From assembly GCA_918797485.1 (NCBI GenBank), contig CAKKNE010000005.1, forward strand, positions 620,001-684,000: 64,000 bases of DNA, given 5' to 3'. The notes beneath the pieces were generated by a model that saw only the letters and a list, made by a program, of their open reading frames with translations, did no database searches and was not told where the DNA came from. Position 1 is the stretch's first letter, and each line of letters begins with the position of its first letter. The stretch is from Pelagomonas calceolata (lineage: Eukaryota). The position numbers and the translations under genes were made by a program. Positions 11,279-21,978 of this stretch are shown here, piece by piece.

Positions 11279-12490
11279 ATGCAATCTCCCCGGCAGGCCT
11301 GGCCCCCGCCCGCACCCAGTAAGCCCCCGGACAGCCCGTCGTCGCCTACTTTAAAAGAGCTGAAAGCCTCGCTCCAGCTCTGCGCCTCGCCGAAGAACGG
11401 CGACGACAAGACGTACTCTTACTTGACCGCGGGCGTCTCGACACCTACACAACCGTCTCTGATCGATGACCTGAAGGCATCTACCAGGACACTACTCCTG
11501 GTAACGGTGCTCTCACCTCTCCTACTGCTGTTAATTGTCTACCACACGCTGGCCGATGCCATAGCTGGTACCCTCACAGCATTCATATCACTGTTAGTAC
11601 CAGCCAAAAAGAACAGCAGAGGAGCCGTCTCGCCGACGAAACGAAGGGACCAGCGACCGTCGATCGTCTTCCCGGGCTGCGGGTGCTACGTGTTTTGGCA
11701 ACTAGGGATGTGCCAGTTTCTCGTGGAAAGGTACGATTTAAGAGGTGTGAAAATTGTCGGCAACGGCTCCGGTGCTGTTTGCGCCGCCGCTATTCTAGCG
11801 ATGGAGTCGGGTGTCCCGGGGTACCCGCCCCCGGCGGCCTGTGTGGTCCGGAAGCGGGCGCGCGCGATGCAGAAGGCAATAGATCAGTCTATAGATTCTA
11901 TTCGATTGTCGCAGATACTGCGAACACTACTCGAGGAGCACCTGCCGTCGTCGGACCATCTGTCGCTGGGCCACGACCGCATCGCTGTTGGGATGAGGAC
12001 GCTGCAGTGTCGACCTTTACCTTGCTTGTACCCCGCATTCGTTTCGCAATACAGAAGCAGAGAAGACTTCGCGCAAGTAGTTATAGCAGCATCAGCTACG
12101 GCGCCGGGCATCGCGTCGTGGAAGCCGTTCCGGTCGTTGCGGACCGGAGTGGCGTCTGACGGCGTGAATGCCCTCTCACTTTGGAGTATAGTGACGTACG
12201 CCCTAGCACTTTTGTGTAGAAAGGCGTCCGCCCCGCTCAAGGCCCACCCTTTGTCATCGTTAGTCGCGGCGTGGAATTTCCCGGTGCTCAACCTCATCTT
12301 CGCGCGGTCTTCCACATGTCCGGCGCGGGTCTGGGTCGCGCCGACGCCATCTTTGTTGCTCCATCGCTTCGTGGCGCCTTCTCGTTCTCAAGCCGCCAGT
12401 CTATGGTCAAGAGGATATGAAGAAGGGAGGCGTCTCGACGCGCAGGGCGCGTTCGGCGCGCTCGAGTGCCCCCGACGCGCGGTGGCCTAG
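11279..12490 (+). CDS. Patatin-like phospholipase fold protein with N-terminal TM helix and degenerate active site
   Basis: IVFPGCG..FWQLG oxyanion-like motif; GNGSGA where GxSxG is expected; SDGV. Confidence 0.65.
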   Translation: MQSPRQAWPPPAPSKPPDSPSSPTLKELKASLQLCASPKNGDDKTYSYLTAGVSTPTQPSLIDDLKASTRTLLLVTVLSPLLLLLIVYHTLADAIAGTLTAFISLLVPAKKNSRGAVSPTKRRDQRPSIVFPGCGCYVFWQLGMCQFLVERYDLRGVKIVGNGSGAVCAAAILAMESGVPGYPPPAACVVRKRARAMQKAIDQSIDSIRLSQILRTLLEEHLPSSDHLSLGHDRIAVGMRTLQCRPLPCLYPAFVSQYRSREDFAQVVIAASATAPGIASWKPFRSLRTGVASDGVNALSLWSIVTYALALLCRKASAPLKAHPLSSLVAAWNFPVLNLIFARSSTCPARVWVAPTPSLLLHRFVAPSRSQAASLWSRGYEEGRRLDAQGAFGALECPRRAVA

Positions 12491-12504
12491 CTAGTAGTAA
12501 CTAC

Positions 12505-14213
12505 TTACCCTTTGTTCTTCTCGAGGCCGTACTTCTCCGCATAGGCCAGCCTCGCTTCCATGGCCTGATGATCCCGCTTCCAATTCTTATTGGAAACAGG
12601 ACCACCTTTCCGGCACGGGTGTATGGGATCATCCTCACGTAACAGTGCAGGCAAATGGTGGTGGTCCCGGTACTCGTCCACTTCCGCCATCGTACTACAA
12701 TCGGCATGCTCCCGCAAAAGCTCTGCTATTCGTTTCCCGTCATCCAAGACTAGGGATTGGCCCAGGTGTTTGGACACGGCCTCAAAAGTTTCTTTCAGAA
12801 AAGCCGCCAGGCACCGCGGACACAGCAGCGTGTCGTGGATCCTTCTCGCTTCGCTACCGAGTCTCTCCGCCGTCTCGGGGTCCCTCTCGAGGGCTCGGAC
12901 GTAGTCCGCGACACTGTACCGAGCCACGTCCAGATGCGTGACACCATGTTCTAGCGCCGGATGGTACCATTCCACGAAGGGGTGCACCCACTGCATCACT
13001 ACCGATCCTGTTCTCCAGAGATGGTTCAGGTTCTTCGAATAGCTACCTGATGCGGCCCCGGGCAAGTTCAACAGGTACTTGTGGTTCCGGTACTCCTTGT
13101 CGTCCAAGTACTCGCCGTCAATTCTAGCTTTTTTCTTCAGTCCAGAATTGAAGTCAGACACAATCCCGACACACGACGGGGGAGGCAGCTTGCACGCGTG
13201 GTGCTTCCCATCCACACATTTGGCGTCGACCTCGTCGGGATGATCCAAAGATGCTGCAAAGGCACTGATGCGCGCGTAGTTGCCATATGCAACCTCGCTA
13301 CACATGCGCTCGCTCGAGAACACATTATCCGGGTCGGGGTGCAGACTCCCTCGATACATGGCCTTGCCCTTTCGCTTGGAGAAAGGTTCGAGCTTCGAAT
13401 CTTGGCCTTTCACTTCGGACGCCCACATCGTGAGGTTGCCGTGGCCGCCGCCAAAATACGAATTGGGCACTAATACACCACACTGCTCGTATCCCACCTC
13501 CTTGTTGATGGCTAGCTTTAGTGTGCGTTGTTCACACCCGGAGCCGCCCGTCGTCTCGGAGGCAAAATCATATATCACGTTGGGACACCCCAGTAATTGG
13601 CACGCCTCGCGCACCATGACCGCGTGGCCCGGGTGTTTACTTCGCTCGTAGAACTCTCGATGCACGTACACGCGGTTGTTCAGCACGAGTAGGATGTTCC
13701 TGTTCGGATCTTTTAGTATTTTTACGACCTCCTGCTCGGCTTCTTCTCGCCTGTGTGGAAAACGACCAGTGTCTCACGTGCACATGGCGCGGCCGTGCTG
13801 GCTCCGTCGAGCGGTGAGGAATCCACAACGGCACGCCGTCGAGCAGGCGTCGCGTCGATGGCGTGTAGGCCATGATTGAGCCGTGGGGAGAGACGCGCAG
13901 CGACATTTGATTTCCGCACAGCTTCTCGCGTCGAAATTTGCTGGGAACGATACGCCCTCAAAGATCTCCACAGCTCGTAGGTCAACGCCTGCCGGAGCTT
14001 CTTCTCGGACTTCGTCTGCTTGCTTTTGTCTTTCAGTTGTTTGAGGTCGCTCGCGCGATGGGCCAGAGACGCGTTGTAGCCCCTCTCAAACATCGTGCGG
14101 ATGCCCCACGCACTATTCAGGTTGTGGCAGCCGCAGTCTTCGTCGGTGTGCCAGGCGTTGGACGCCATTGTTATTGTGGGGAGGAGAGCCCATGGCCATC
14201 GTAGCAGCAGCAT
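12505..14213 (-). CDS. Glycosyltransferase family 90 (CAP10/POGLUT-like); GC-AG intron 13751-13929
   Basis: KAMYRGS, HKYLLNLPG..SYSKNLNHL, EWYHPAL..GVTH; splicing gives IST-REEAEQ in frame; signal peptide. Confidence 0.85.
13751..13921. mobile_element. Introner element
   Basis: TIR ctgtgtggaaa / tttccgcacag; 8-bp TSD cttctcgc at 13743-13750 and 13922-13929. Confidence 0.95.
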
Positions 14214-14667
14214 GGTAATCTGTGGGCGTGAACGCTGCCCCGCGCGCCGCGCACAATTTGTGGGGCTGCGGTGCTGCCGTCTGCGCGCGCGCACGGCTCC
14301 TGGTGCAGTCGTATGGCACGATTTTATCTCCAGCCAAAAGTTTCACAGTGAGAGGTGCGGGGCGCAGGATCTCTCGCCACCTTCGCTGATGTGTCCCGGT
14401 CACTCGGATGCGCTCGATGATGCGTGAACATGCGTCCGGATCAGTCCTAGTGTGTGTCGTTACGCTAGCTCCTCGACATTCGTGTGGAACTGCTACCTCG
14501 GCTTTATCTACGTCGCTGACGCGGCTCGCACGCCAGGACTCGTTGAGCTGCCTCTCGACGACGCCCACTCGACGCGTGAGTGAGGAGACCGCGATTGGAA
14601 ACCTGCCCGAGGAGCTAAGCACTGCCCCCACAACTGCCGCACGGGAGCGCACGCGCGGAGACGCACA

Positions 14668-16139
14668 ATGCTGCTGCGCACCGCCGCGAGACGCGCCGCC
14701 GCCGCGCGCCATCCTATAAAACGCATTACACCGCAAGCATTAGCTACAAGACAATTCGCCTACCAAGGATTACACGAAGCCCTCGAAAAAAAGCTCGGCA
14801 CCCAGCCGACGCGACTGCCCCAGGACGCGGAGGACCTGCCCAAATCGTTTGATGTGGGCGAACGGGCCGCGGAGCTCGGCGTGCGGCTATCCCAGCACGA
14901 GCTCGACAACTTGTATGCGGAGTTGAAGAAAGGCACCAAAAAAGAGTCGAACGCGGCCTACGTGGACGCGGTGCAGGCCACGGCTTCCGTGGGAGCGGAA
15001 AGGCAGTATTTAGCTGAATTCATCACGTCGTCCGACGAACATAGCACGGGCCAGAAGGTCCTGCTCTTCTTGGACTACCTCTCAACGGCCTTATTCGCGC
15101 TGATCGGCGCCCAGTACGCGGGCATCGCGGGCATGAACGTCGTGGGGGCTACCCTGGTTGGTGTGGTCGGTGGGGTCGGTGGAGGTACCGTGACTGGGGC
15201 ACTCACCGGCGCGAACGCCGCGCGGGGCGTCTTCTGGATGCGCGACCCTAGATACTTGTTACTATCGACCGTCGTGGCCGTAGCTACATATTATCTGTGG
15301 CCCAAGTATTTGGAGTGGACGGGTCCTTGCGCAGCGTCCCTACGCCGTCGACGCGCGTCGTCGCCGTCTTCTGAGCCGATTCGGGCCGCGTTAAGGGTTC
15401 CCACGCAGGCCGCGACCGCTTCGAGCAGCTCGCGAGAGCTTCTGGTAGTGACCCCCACGCCAAGCTGTCCTCGGACGCGTTCGAGCTTGCACTACGACAA
15501 GACCAAGAATTGAGGAGTGAGATGCGCATGCTCGAATCGCACTTAAATGAACGGGAGAAAAAAATAGCTCTGAGGGATCCGCAGCAGAGACCTTCGTTGT
15601 ACTTTCGGCATTTGGATCGAGATGGCGACGGCTACCTCACGAGGGAGGACCTCAGTAGTGTGGCGCGGATGGCCGTGACCGACAGCCCAGGTTTCTACGC
15701 CCTGGAGACCGTGGCGCTAGGTGGTGTGGCGTGCTTCGGGGCCCAGGCCGGCGTCACGCGCGCGCTGCCGCCGGCGGCGTGCATCGCGACGGGCGTCACG
15801 ATCTGTTTTGGAGGTGTTTTGCGAGATGTCCTATGTCGGAGAGATGTCGCTATTGGCGGCCAGTCGTATGCTCTAGCTACTGCCATGGGCGCGTCGGCGT
15901 ATGTTGGAATGAGAGAATTAGTCGTGCGAGGCGTCATGCGCATTCCTTTATTAATGAGGATCGGCGTCGCGTACACGGTGACCGTCTTGGAAAGGATTTA
16001 TGTGTGGTACGACGACGCGAGCGATTCTTTTTTGAGACCCTGGCCGCCGGAGATTGTGGAAGCGCACCTCCCGCGGGCGAAGGAGGAGGAGCCGCGACGG
16101 CGGACGACGGAGGTGAAGCGGCGCTTCACGGGCGACTAG
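14668..16139 (+). CDS. TRIC/UPF0126-like channel with an internal EF hand and mitochondrial-type presequence; intron 15323-15408
   Basis: LDY..TALFA..G, GGVGGGT, FWMRDP..L and ICFGGVLRDVL halves; DRDGDGYLTRED between them; GT-AG intron restores the frame (WTG-RDRFE). Confidence 0.85.
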
Positions 16140-16265
16140 TCTTATATTTGCGTGGCGCGTCGTTCGGCGCTGCGGTCGGAAGTCCTACCTTACATAAAAA
16201 CGTATGTCCTGTTAGTACTGGATACTAGTGCGTTCTACTAGTGCGCCATTCGATGTTCCCCATAT

Positions 16266-16493
16266 TGTTACGGTGCTAGGACTAGTGGGCGGAGCCCGGG
16301 GGGGGAGACACCGCGCGTCACCGATTCATCGGCGGCGGGCGCGTGCCGTTTCTTTCATACGCCTGCAGCCCTCTATGTGTATTCACGACTCGTGGGGATC
16401 CTGGTTAGCTACTAGCGTCGGCCGCGCGATGAATCGGCGACGCGCGGTGTCTTTTCCCCAGGGACGCCGCCCACTAGTCCTAGCACCGTTACA
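16266..16493. mobile_element. Foldback/MITE-like element with about 66-bp imperfect TIRs and TGT..ACA ends
   Basis: tgttacggtgctaggactagtgggcgg..gacaccgcgcgtcaccgattcatcg is mirrored at 16427-16493; no clean TSD. Confidence 0.75.
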
Positions 16494-16570
16494 AAGAGGG
16501 GATAGTGGCATGCACGGGGCGGCCGACGCCATTATAACTCACAAGCAAAAACACATTACACCACTGGCTG

Positions 16571-19500
16571 CTACTTCCTTTTGCAGTAGCACGTCAGGCC
16601 CTGGACGTGCTTCAGTGCAAGTTCCCCCTTCTCTGAAGCTGCCTCGCAAAACTTGCGGCAAACCTTGCGCGGCGAGGCGTCTCTAACTGTATTCTTGGAG
16701 GCGTACGTGTGGGCGCCGATGGTGCACAGGTTGGGGCCGATGTAGTAGGGGTGCGTCGTGCCGGCCTCGTAGACGATCGTGGGGCCCAGGGCGCATTGTT
16801 CCTGGACCGCATTCGCGATCGCCGCGATGGTGATTCCCGTGAACGTGAGGCCGATCGCGACGAGGCCGCCGGACATGACGAGCTCCGAGCCGCCGTCTGC
16901 GTCGTCATCGTCTTCTTCGTAGATGGGCTTAACAGCGCATTGTTTCGGGTTCGCCTTGTAGTCTACCAGATCTGCTTCAGAGATCGAGGCCTGTGTCTGG
17001 TAGCACGTCGCGGAGGCATCCTGGACTACCGTTGTGGCCCCCGTGGAGTCCAGACACGCGTGACCCGACCACGTCGAGTCGAACTGCGTCCCGGTGCCGT
17101 AGAGATCGGTGCACCCGGCGGCTGTAGTGTCCCACTTGAAGTCGGAGCCGGCACAAACGGAGTTGGCGGGCGCGTACTGTTGGGCGACATTGATACAGGA
17201 CGTCGCCGTGCACGCAGTCGAAAGGTCGCGGCGAAGGAAGTCCGCGCAGTCGCAGCCGCAGCCGGGGTAGTTCGGCGGCAGCGGCAGCGAGTCGTCGTCC
17301 CCCCGCGGATCATCATCATTGCACGGTCCGTCCCACAGGCCATTGAGCACGTCCTCCTTTGCCTGGGCCATGGACGAACAGTCTTTGCAGAGCGGTTCGT
17401 CCGGCAGGAAGCCGTAGTAGGGGTACCGGCAGCCCTCGGGGCCCCAGAGATTCATCGTCTCGAACAGCCCGCTGTCGCCGTAGGGCATTTGTAGTTTCTT
17501 GTTGTCCGGAACCATGGCGTCGTCGACGTCGCTGTACCGTGACTGAACGTTGGAGGTGGCGCCCGCGAGCGACGTCAGGGAAGCAGCCGCATCGAAGCTG
17601 CACGGACCGCCCGTGCTCGCGACGAGATTCTGGAAGAACGTCGCCATCGCAGCCTCGAAGCCGGATTGTGTCCCGTCCGGCGAACAGCCTTCGCAGACGA
17701 TCGTGGCCGTGCCTGCGTCGTTATGATCGCTCTCGACCCAGCAGTCAAAGTCTATGTCGTCTTGGTGTTTGTCTTTGCATTGCACGTCGTCCTCCAGCTG
17801 GCCCTCGAGACTCTTGCGCCCGAGCGGTTGCACGATGTCGCTTTGGTCCACGTACGTGTGGCAGTCTCCCTCGATGTTGTCGCGATTGGAGCCGTCCGCG
17901 CCGGCCATGACCACGGGCGCCTTGTACTGGAACCGCAGGTCCCCGCTCGCCAGGCTGGGATGCGCACCGAGATCCACGGGCTCGTCGCAGACGGCGTCCA
18001 CGAGAGCGCAGTCGGAGCACGCCGCGATCATGCACGCGATGTCGTCCTGGCACGATTGCGGGCACATCCCCGCGTTCGCGGGGTTCTTCCCATCTTGCGC
18101 GCACGTCGAGTCGTCCGGGTTGCTGCCCCAGACCTGTGTGTCAGAGAACGAGTGCGTCGCGTCGACGGGTGCTCGGCGACCGACGAGGCATGACTCCACG
18201 CAATCGAGCAGACGACGTACCACAACAATCCACAAATCGAAGGCAACACACACAAACGCTGCGTCGCTGACGGCTCGGTCGATAAAGTCTTCCTCGGCCT
18301 GGTCGCACGCCGTGAGACCGGAGAGCCGCCGGCGCAACGAGTGCGTATTTTTAGTGAGCGCGTTTCGGAGCGCGAGGTGCTGCGGCGCCGAGGACGGGTC
18401 CACGAAACCGAAGACCGTCGGGTGTCTGTACAACGTGACGAAGCCCTCGCCGAACTGGACGTTGGAAAGCGCGTGTCGTATGACGCGCGACTTATCTAGC
18501 CAAGCTCCGGCGCCCGGCGCCGCGTCTTTCAACAGAGCCGCCAGTTTTGCATCCGTCTCGGCGTTCGAGTCGATGCCGCCATCCTGGCGCTTCAGCTTGA
18601 GGCCCGACTTCGAGAGCGGCGCGGCGACGAGCGGCGGCGTCGTGTCTCCGACGTATTGAAACGGCGCCGTCACGGCGATGTCCTCGCTCTGCTTGACCCC
18701 GAACGTGCCGTCGAGCGCCGCCACGAGCTCGTCGCCGGCGAAGCGCTCGTCCTGCGTGTGCCGCGCCACGGCCACGTCGCCCTCGGCAGCTTCGACGGCG
18801 TACTGGCGCATCTGTTGAGTTTTCATGTCGCCGAACTTCCACTCGACCGAGACCAGCACCGACGGCGCGCGGTCTGGCTTGCGCGCGGTCTGCGGTAACG
18901 AATCGACGAGCGGCAGCGGCGGGAGTTCGTTGCCGCCATAGTTCAGGACGTAGAGCTTGCACGCGCCATCCTCGGCCGACACGCCGAAGCCGACGCTCGG
19001 CAGCTTTCCCGTGTCGTCGGCCGCGATGGAATCGAGCCAGGCTTCGACGAGCGGCGGCGCTTTGAGGGATTCGGCGACGTTTCTCGCTTGTTCGACGACC
19101 GCCTCGCGGCCGAAGGTCCAGCAGTCGCACGGCGGCTGCAGCGCGACGTGGTACCGCCGCGTCAGAGCCGTTCCGTCTTCGAAGAACTTGGCACTGACGC
19201 CGAGCGCCTCCATCGGCGCGTGGCCATCGCCAAACAGCTCTTCGAGGGCGCGGAACGGCGCACCCCAGACCGGTTCCTCGGCGTCGAGGCCCGTCGCCGC
19301 TCGGAGCACGTCGCGCGTCGCGCGGAGCTTTCTGCGCTCTTCGTCTTTCGGCAGCTGTTTCGCCTTCGTCGCCGCTCTCTCCCCGCCGAGCTTCTGGAAG
19401 GCCTTGAGGTACCCTGATTCCTTCTTCTGGATAGCCGCGAGCGCCGGGCCCGGCCTCGCGCTGTCGAGCGCCGCGTGCACGCGGAAGTCGTGCTCATTCA

Positions 19501-19699
19501 AGAGGTCGTGGGCCTTCTCGCGCAGGTCGGGGGGAAGCAAATGACCGTGATCCGCGAGTAGCCGCGACGCTTTGGCTGCCCTCTCCGCGCTGCGCTTGAC
19601 GGCGGGAGCATGCTCCTCCGGGGCGAGCGGGGCGAGGGCGGCGAGGTCCGCCGCAGCTCCCGCGTCCCAAAGCGCGAGGACGACGAGGACGGAACGCAT
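16571..19699 (-). CDS. Large secreted or membrane protein: unknown N-terminal domain plus Cys/Asp-rich region; probable in-frame intron 18134-18253
   Basis: Long ORF, signal peptide MRSVLVVLALW, RRLS site, Cys-rich C-terminal half, late hydrophobic segment. Confidence 0.75.
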   Translation of the reverse strand: MRSVLVVLALWDAGAAADLAALAPLAPEEHAPAVKRSAERAAKASRLLADHGHLLPPDLREKAHDLLNEHDFRVHAALDSARPGPALAAIQKKESGYLKAFQKLGGERAATKAKQLPKDEERRKLRATRDVLRAATGLDAEEPVWGAPFRALEELFGDGHAPMEALGVSAKFFEDGTALTRRYHVALQPPCDCWTFGREAVVEQARNVAESLKAPPLVEAWLDSIAADDTGKLPSVGFGVSAEDGACKLYVLNYGGNELPPLPLVDSLPQTARKPDRAPSVLVSVEWKFGDMKTQQMRQYAVEAAEGDVAVARHTQDERFAGDELVAALDGTFGVKQSEDIAVTAPFQYVGDTTPPLVAAPLSKSGLKLKRQDGGIDSNAETDAKLAALLKDAAPGAGAWLDKSRVIRHALSNVQFGEGFVTLYRHPTVFGFVDPSSAPQHLALRNALTKNTHSLRRRLSGLTACDQAEEDFIDRAVSDAAFVCVAFDLWIVVVRRLLDCVESCLVGRRAPVDATHSFSDTQVWGSNPDDSTCAQDGKNPANAGMCPQSCQDDIACMIAACSDCALVDAVCDEPVDLGAHPSLASGDLRFQYKAPVVMAGADGSNRDNIEGDCHTYVDQSDIVQPLGRKSLEGQLEDDVQCKDKHQDDIDFDCWVESDHNDAGTATIVCEGCSPDGTQSGFEAAMATFFQNLVASTGGPCSFDAAASLTSLAGATSNVQSRYSDVDDAMVPDNKKLQMPYGDSGLFETMNLWGPEGCRYPYYGFLPDEPLCKDCSSMAQAKEDVLNGLWDGPCNDDDPRGDDDSLPLPPNYPGCGCDCADFLRRDLSTACTATSCINVAQQYAPANSVCAGSDFKWDTTAAGCTDLYGTGTQFDSTWSGHACLDSTGATTVVQDASATCYQTQASISEADLVDYKANPKQCAVKPIYEEDDDDADGGSELVMSGGLVAIGLTFTGITIAAIANAVQEQCALGPTIVYEAGTTHPYYIGPNLCTIGAHTYASKNTVRDASPRKVCRKFCEAASEKGELALKHVQGLTCYCKRK

Positions 19700-19984
19700 C
19701 GTGCGGCGGGCTGCCTGTCTCCTGTCTCCCATAGCTTCTCATAATCTGATGTGCCTGGCGCGATATATCGATATCGATGATGATAGGGGGGGTTTCGAAA
19801 CCGAACGTACCATACGATACTGATACGAGTTTGATACCGACTTTTACTTTCAGGCGGCCTAGCTCCACGGCGCGTGCTTATTAATCTGAGAATCAGTGAG
19901 ATCCCGGCGGCCAGTTTCCCGGAGGGACCCAGCGATAGCCGCGACGCGCTTAGGAACAACGAAATCACAAAAGCAGAAACCCCC

Positions 19985-21642
19985 TTACCCCTTAATCACG
20001 GCGACCGGCCGCAGCTTGACCACTTTGTTCGAGATGCCCGCGTCGTGGCACGTGTCGACGACGCTCGTCACGTCTTTATAGGCCTCGGGCGCCTCCTCCA
20101 TGACGAGCTTGGGCGACGCGATTCTAATAGAAATCCCCTTCTTGTCCAGATTTGCGAGGACATCTTCATACGCCAGTGTCCGACGAGTCTTGTTCCGAGA
20201 CTGGGCCCGTCCCGCACCGTGGCACGTGCTCCCAAAGGTCTGCCTCATACCTTTATCGGTGCCGGCCAAAACATAACTACAAGTGCCCATGGTACCACCA
20301 ATCAGGACGGGCTGGCCCGTGAACTGATAATCCACAGGTATGAGAGGATGGTGCGGCGGAAACGCTCTGGTAGCTCCTTTCCGATGCACGAGCAGAGTCT
20401 TCATCTTGCCATCGACCAGATGCTCCTCGGTCTTCGCGATGTTGTGACTCACATCATACACGACCTTCATATCTAGATCATCTGGTGTCGACCCGAACTG
20501 CTTGGCAAAAGCTTGTCTGACCAGAAACGTCATGCTCGACCGATTGACCCACGCGTAGTTCGCCGCGGCGGCCATGCTCTTCAAGTAGTCCTGGCCCTCC
20601 TCGGATTGGATGCGAGCACAGGCGAGCTGCCTATCATTATTCTTGAGACCTGGATCCTTCTCCGCGGCGCGTTCCATGCCTAGTAAAGCATCCGTGGCCA
20701 CTTGGTGGCCCAGACCCCGACTCCCCGAGTGGATCATGACCACAACTTGACCTTTTTCGCCGATACCCATCCGTCGAGCCGCCCACTCGTCGTGCACCTC
20801 GTCGACGATTTGAATCTCGCAGTAGTGGTTGCCCGCGCCGAGCGTGCCGAGCTGCGGCAGGCCCCGCTTCTTCGCTCTTCGACTGACTTTGGAGGGATCG
20901 GCAGACAACATGCGCCCGTGCTCCTCGCAGTGCTCCTTGTCCTCGACCCAGGCGTAGCCCTCCCTTAATGACCAGTCCATGCCCAGTTCCAGTGCCGCAT
21001 CCAACGCTGACGCCGAGGTCGGAATAACTCCTCTCGAACCAACTCCAACGGGGATGTGGTCGAACAGCTGCTGCGCGAGCGTCTCGCGGTGCTCCGAGAT
21101 ATCTTTTTCGAATAAATTCGTTCTCAATAATCTCACCCCACAATTGATGTCAAAGCCCACGCCGCCCGGACTGACGACGGCCTCGGGGTCGTCGCAGTCG
21201 AAGGCCGCAACTCCCCCAATGGTAAAGCCGTAGCCGGAATGCAAGTCCGGCATGCCCATGCTACACCCGACGATGCCCGGCAGCGCGGCCACGTTCGCGA
21301 TCTGTTTTATGGCTGGGAGGAACCCTCCGTGGCCCGCCGCCGCGCACTGTTGTTTGAGTTCGTCAAACACGAGGTCTTCCAGGGCCGAATTGACGTAGAA
21401 GCGGCCCTCAACCTGCACGGCGCATTTCTCTCAAAAAACGACCCACGACCTCGTCTCCTGGACACGAGTCGCGTCGACGGCGTGAAGGCGCCGCAGCACC
21501 GCGGGACGCCGCGTTTTGCGCGCATGTTCGGAACGAAGCCCGGTTTTATGGTCCAGGACGTCGCGTCGTTGCGGCTCAGGAACTTCATCTCCTCCTCGTA
21601 GGTGCGCACGGGCGCCGCGACCTTCTGGCCGAAGGCGGACAT
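19985..21642 (-). CDS. RTCB: RNA-splicing ligase RtcB; GC-AG intron 21413-21519
   Basis: [40 protein letters not shown]; splicing restores [15 protein letters not shown]. Confidence 0.96.
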
Positions 21643-21978
21643 GGTTCTTTTAGTGTCGCGGTGTGCTGCTGTCCAAAAGAGTGTTGCTCGCTGCCGGAGC
21701 CAAGTGCTGCGCGGCGCGGCGACGGCGAGCACTTGGGCGGTTTGTAGGTGCTATTCGCAGCTGTGCCAAGCGTATTATGCGCGCTGTCGCACTGCACTGG
21801 CGTGCCCGTCGTCGCGTTTCCAGCAGCCTCGCTCAGATGCTGCTCTGCCTAGCTAGGCGGCTCTCCGGCTGTGCAGCAGCGACGAGCGCGCTAATAGAGC
21901 AAGCAGACCGCCTGCAGCAAGTGGCGAGATAGCAGCGATACGCCTGCAATTGAAACGAGCAGCGATGCGGCCGTAAAC

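Noticed and set aside
9956..11284. Long overlapping or antisense ORFs (for example 9956-11284, 6830-7771, 17754-18659, 39317-40162)
   Set aside because: Shadow frames of GC-rich genes, Arg/Pro/Ala-rich, with no recognisable motifs
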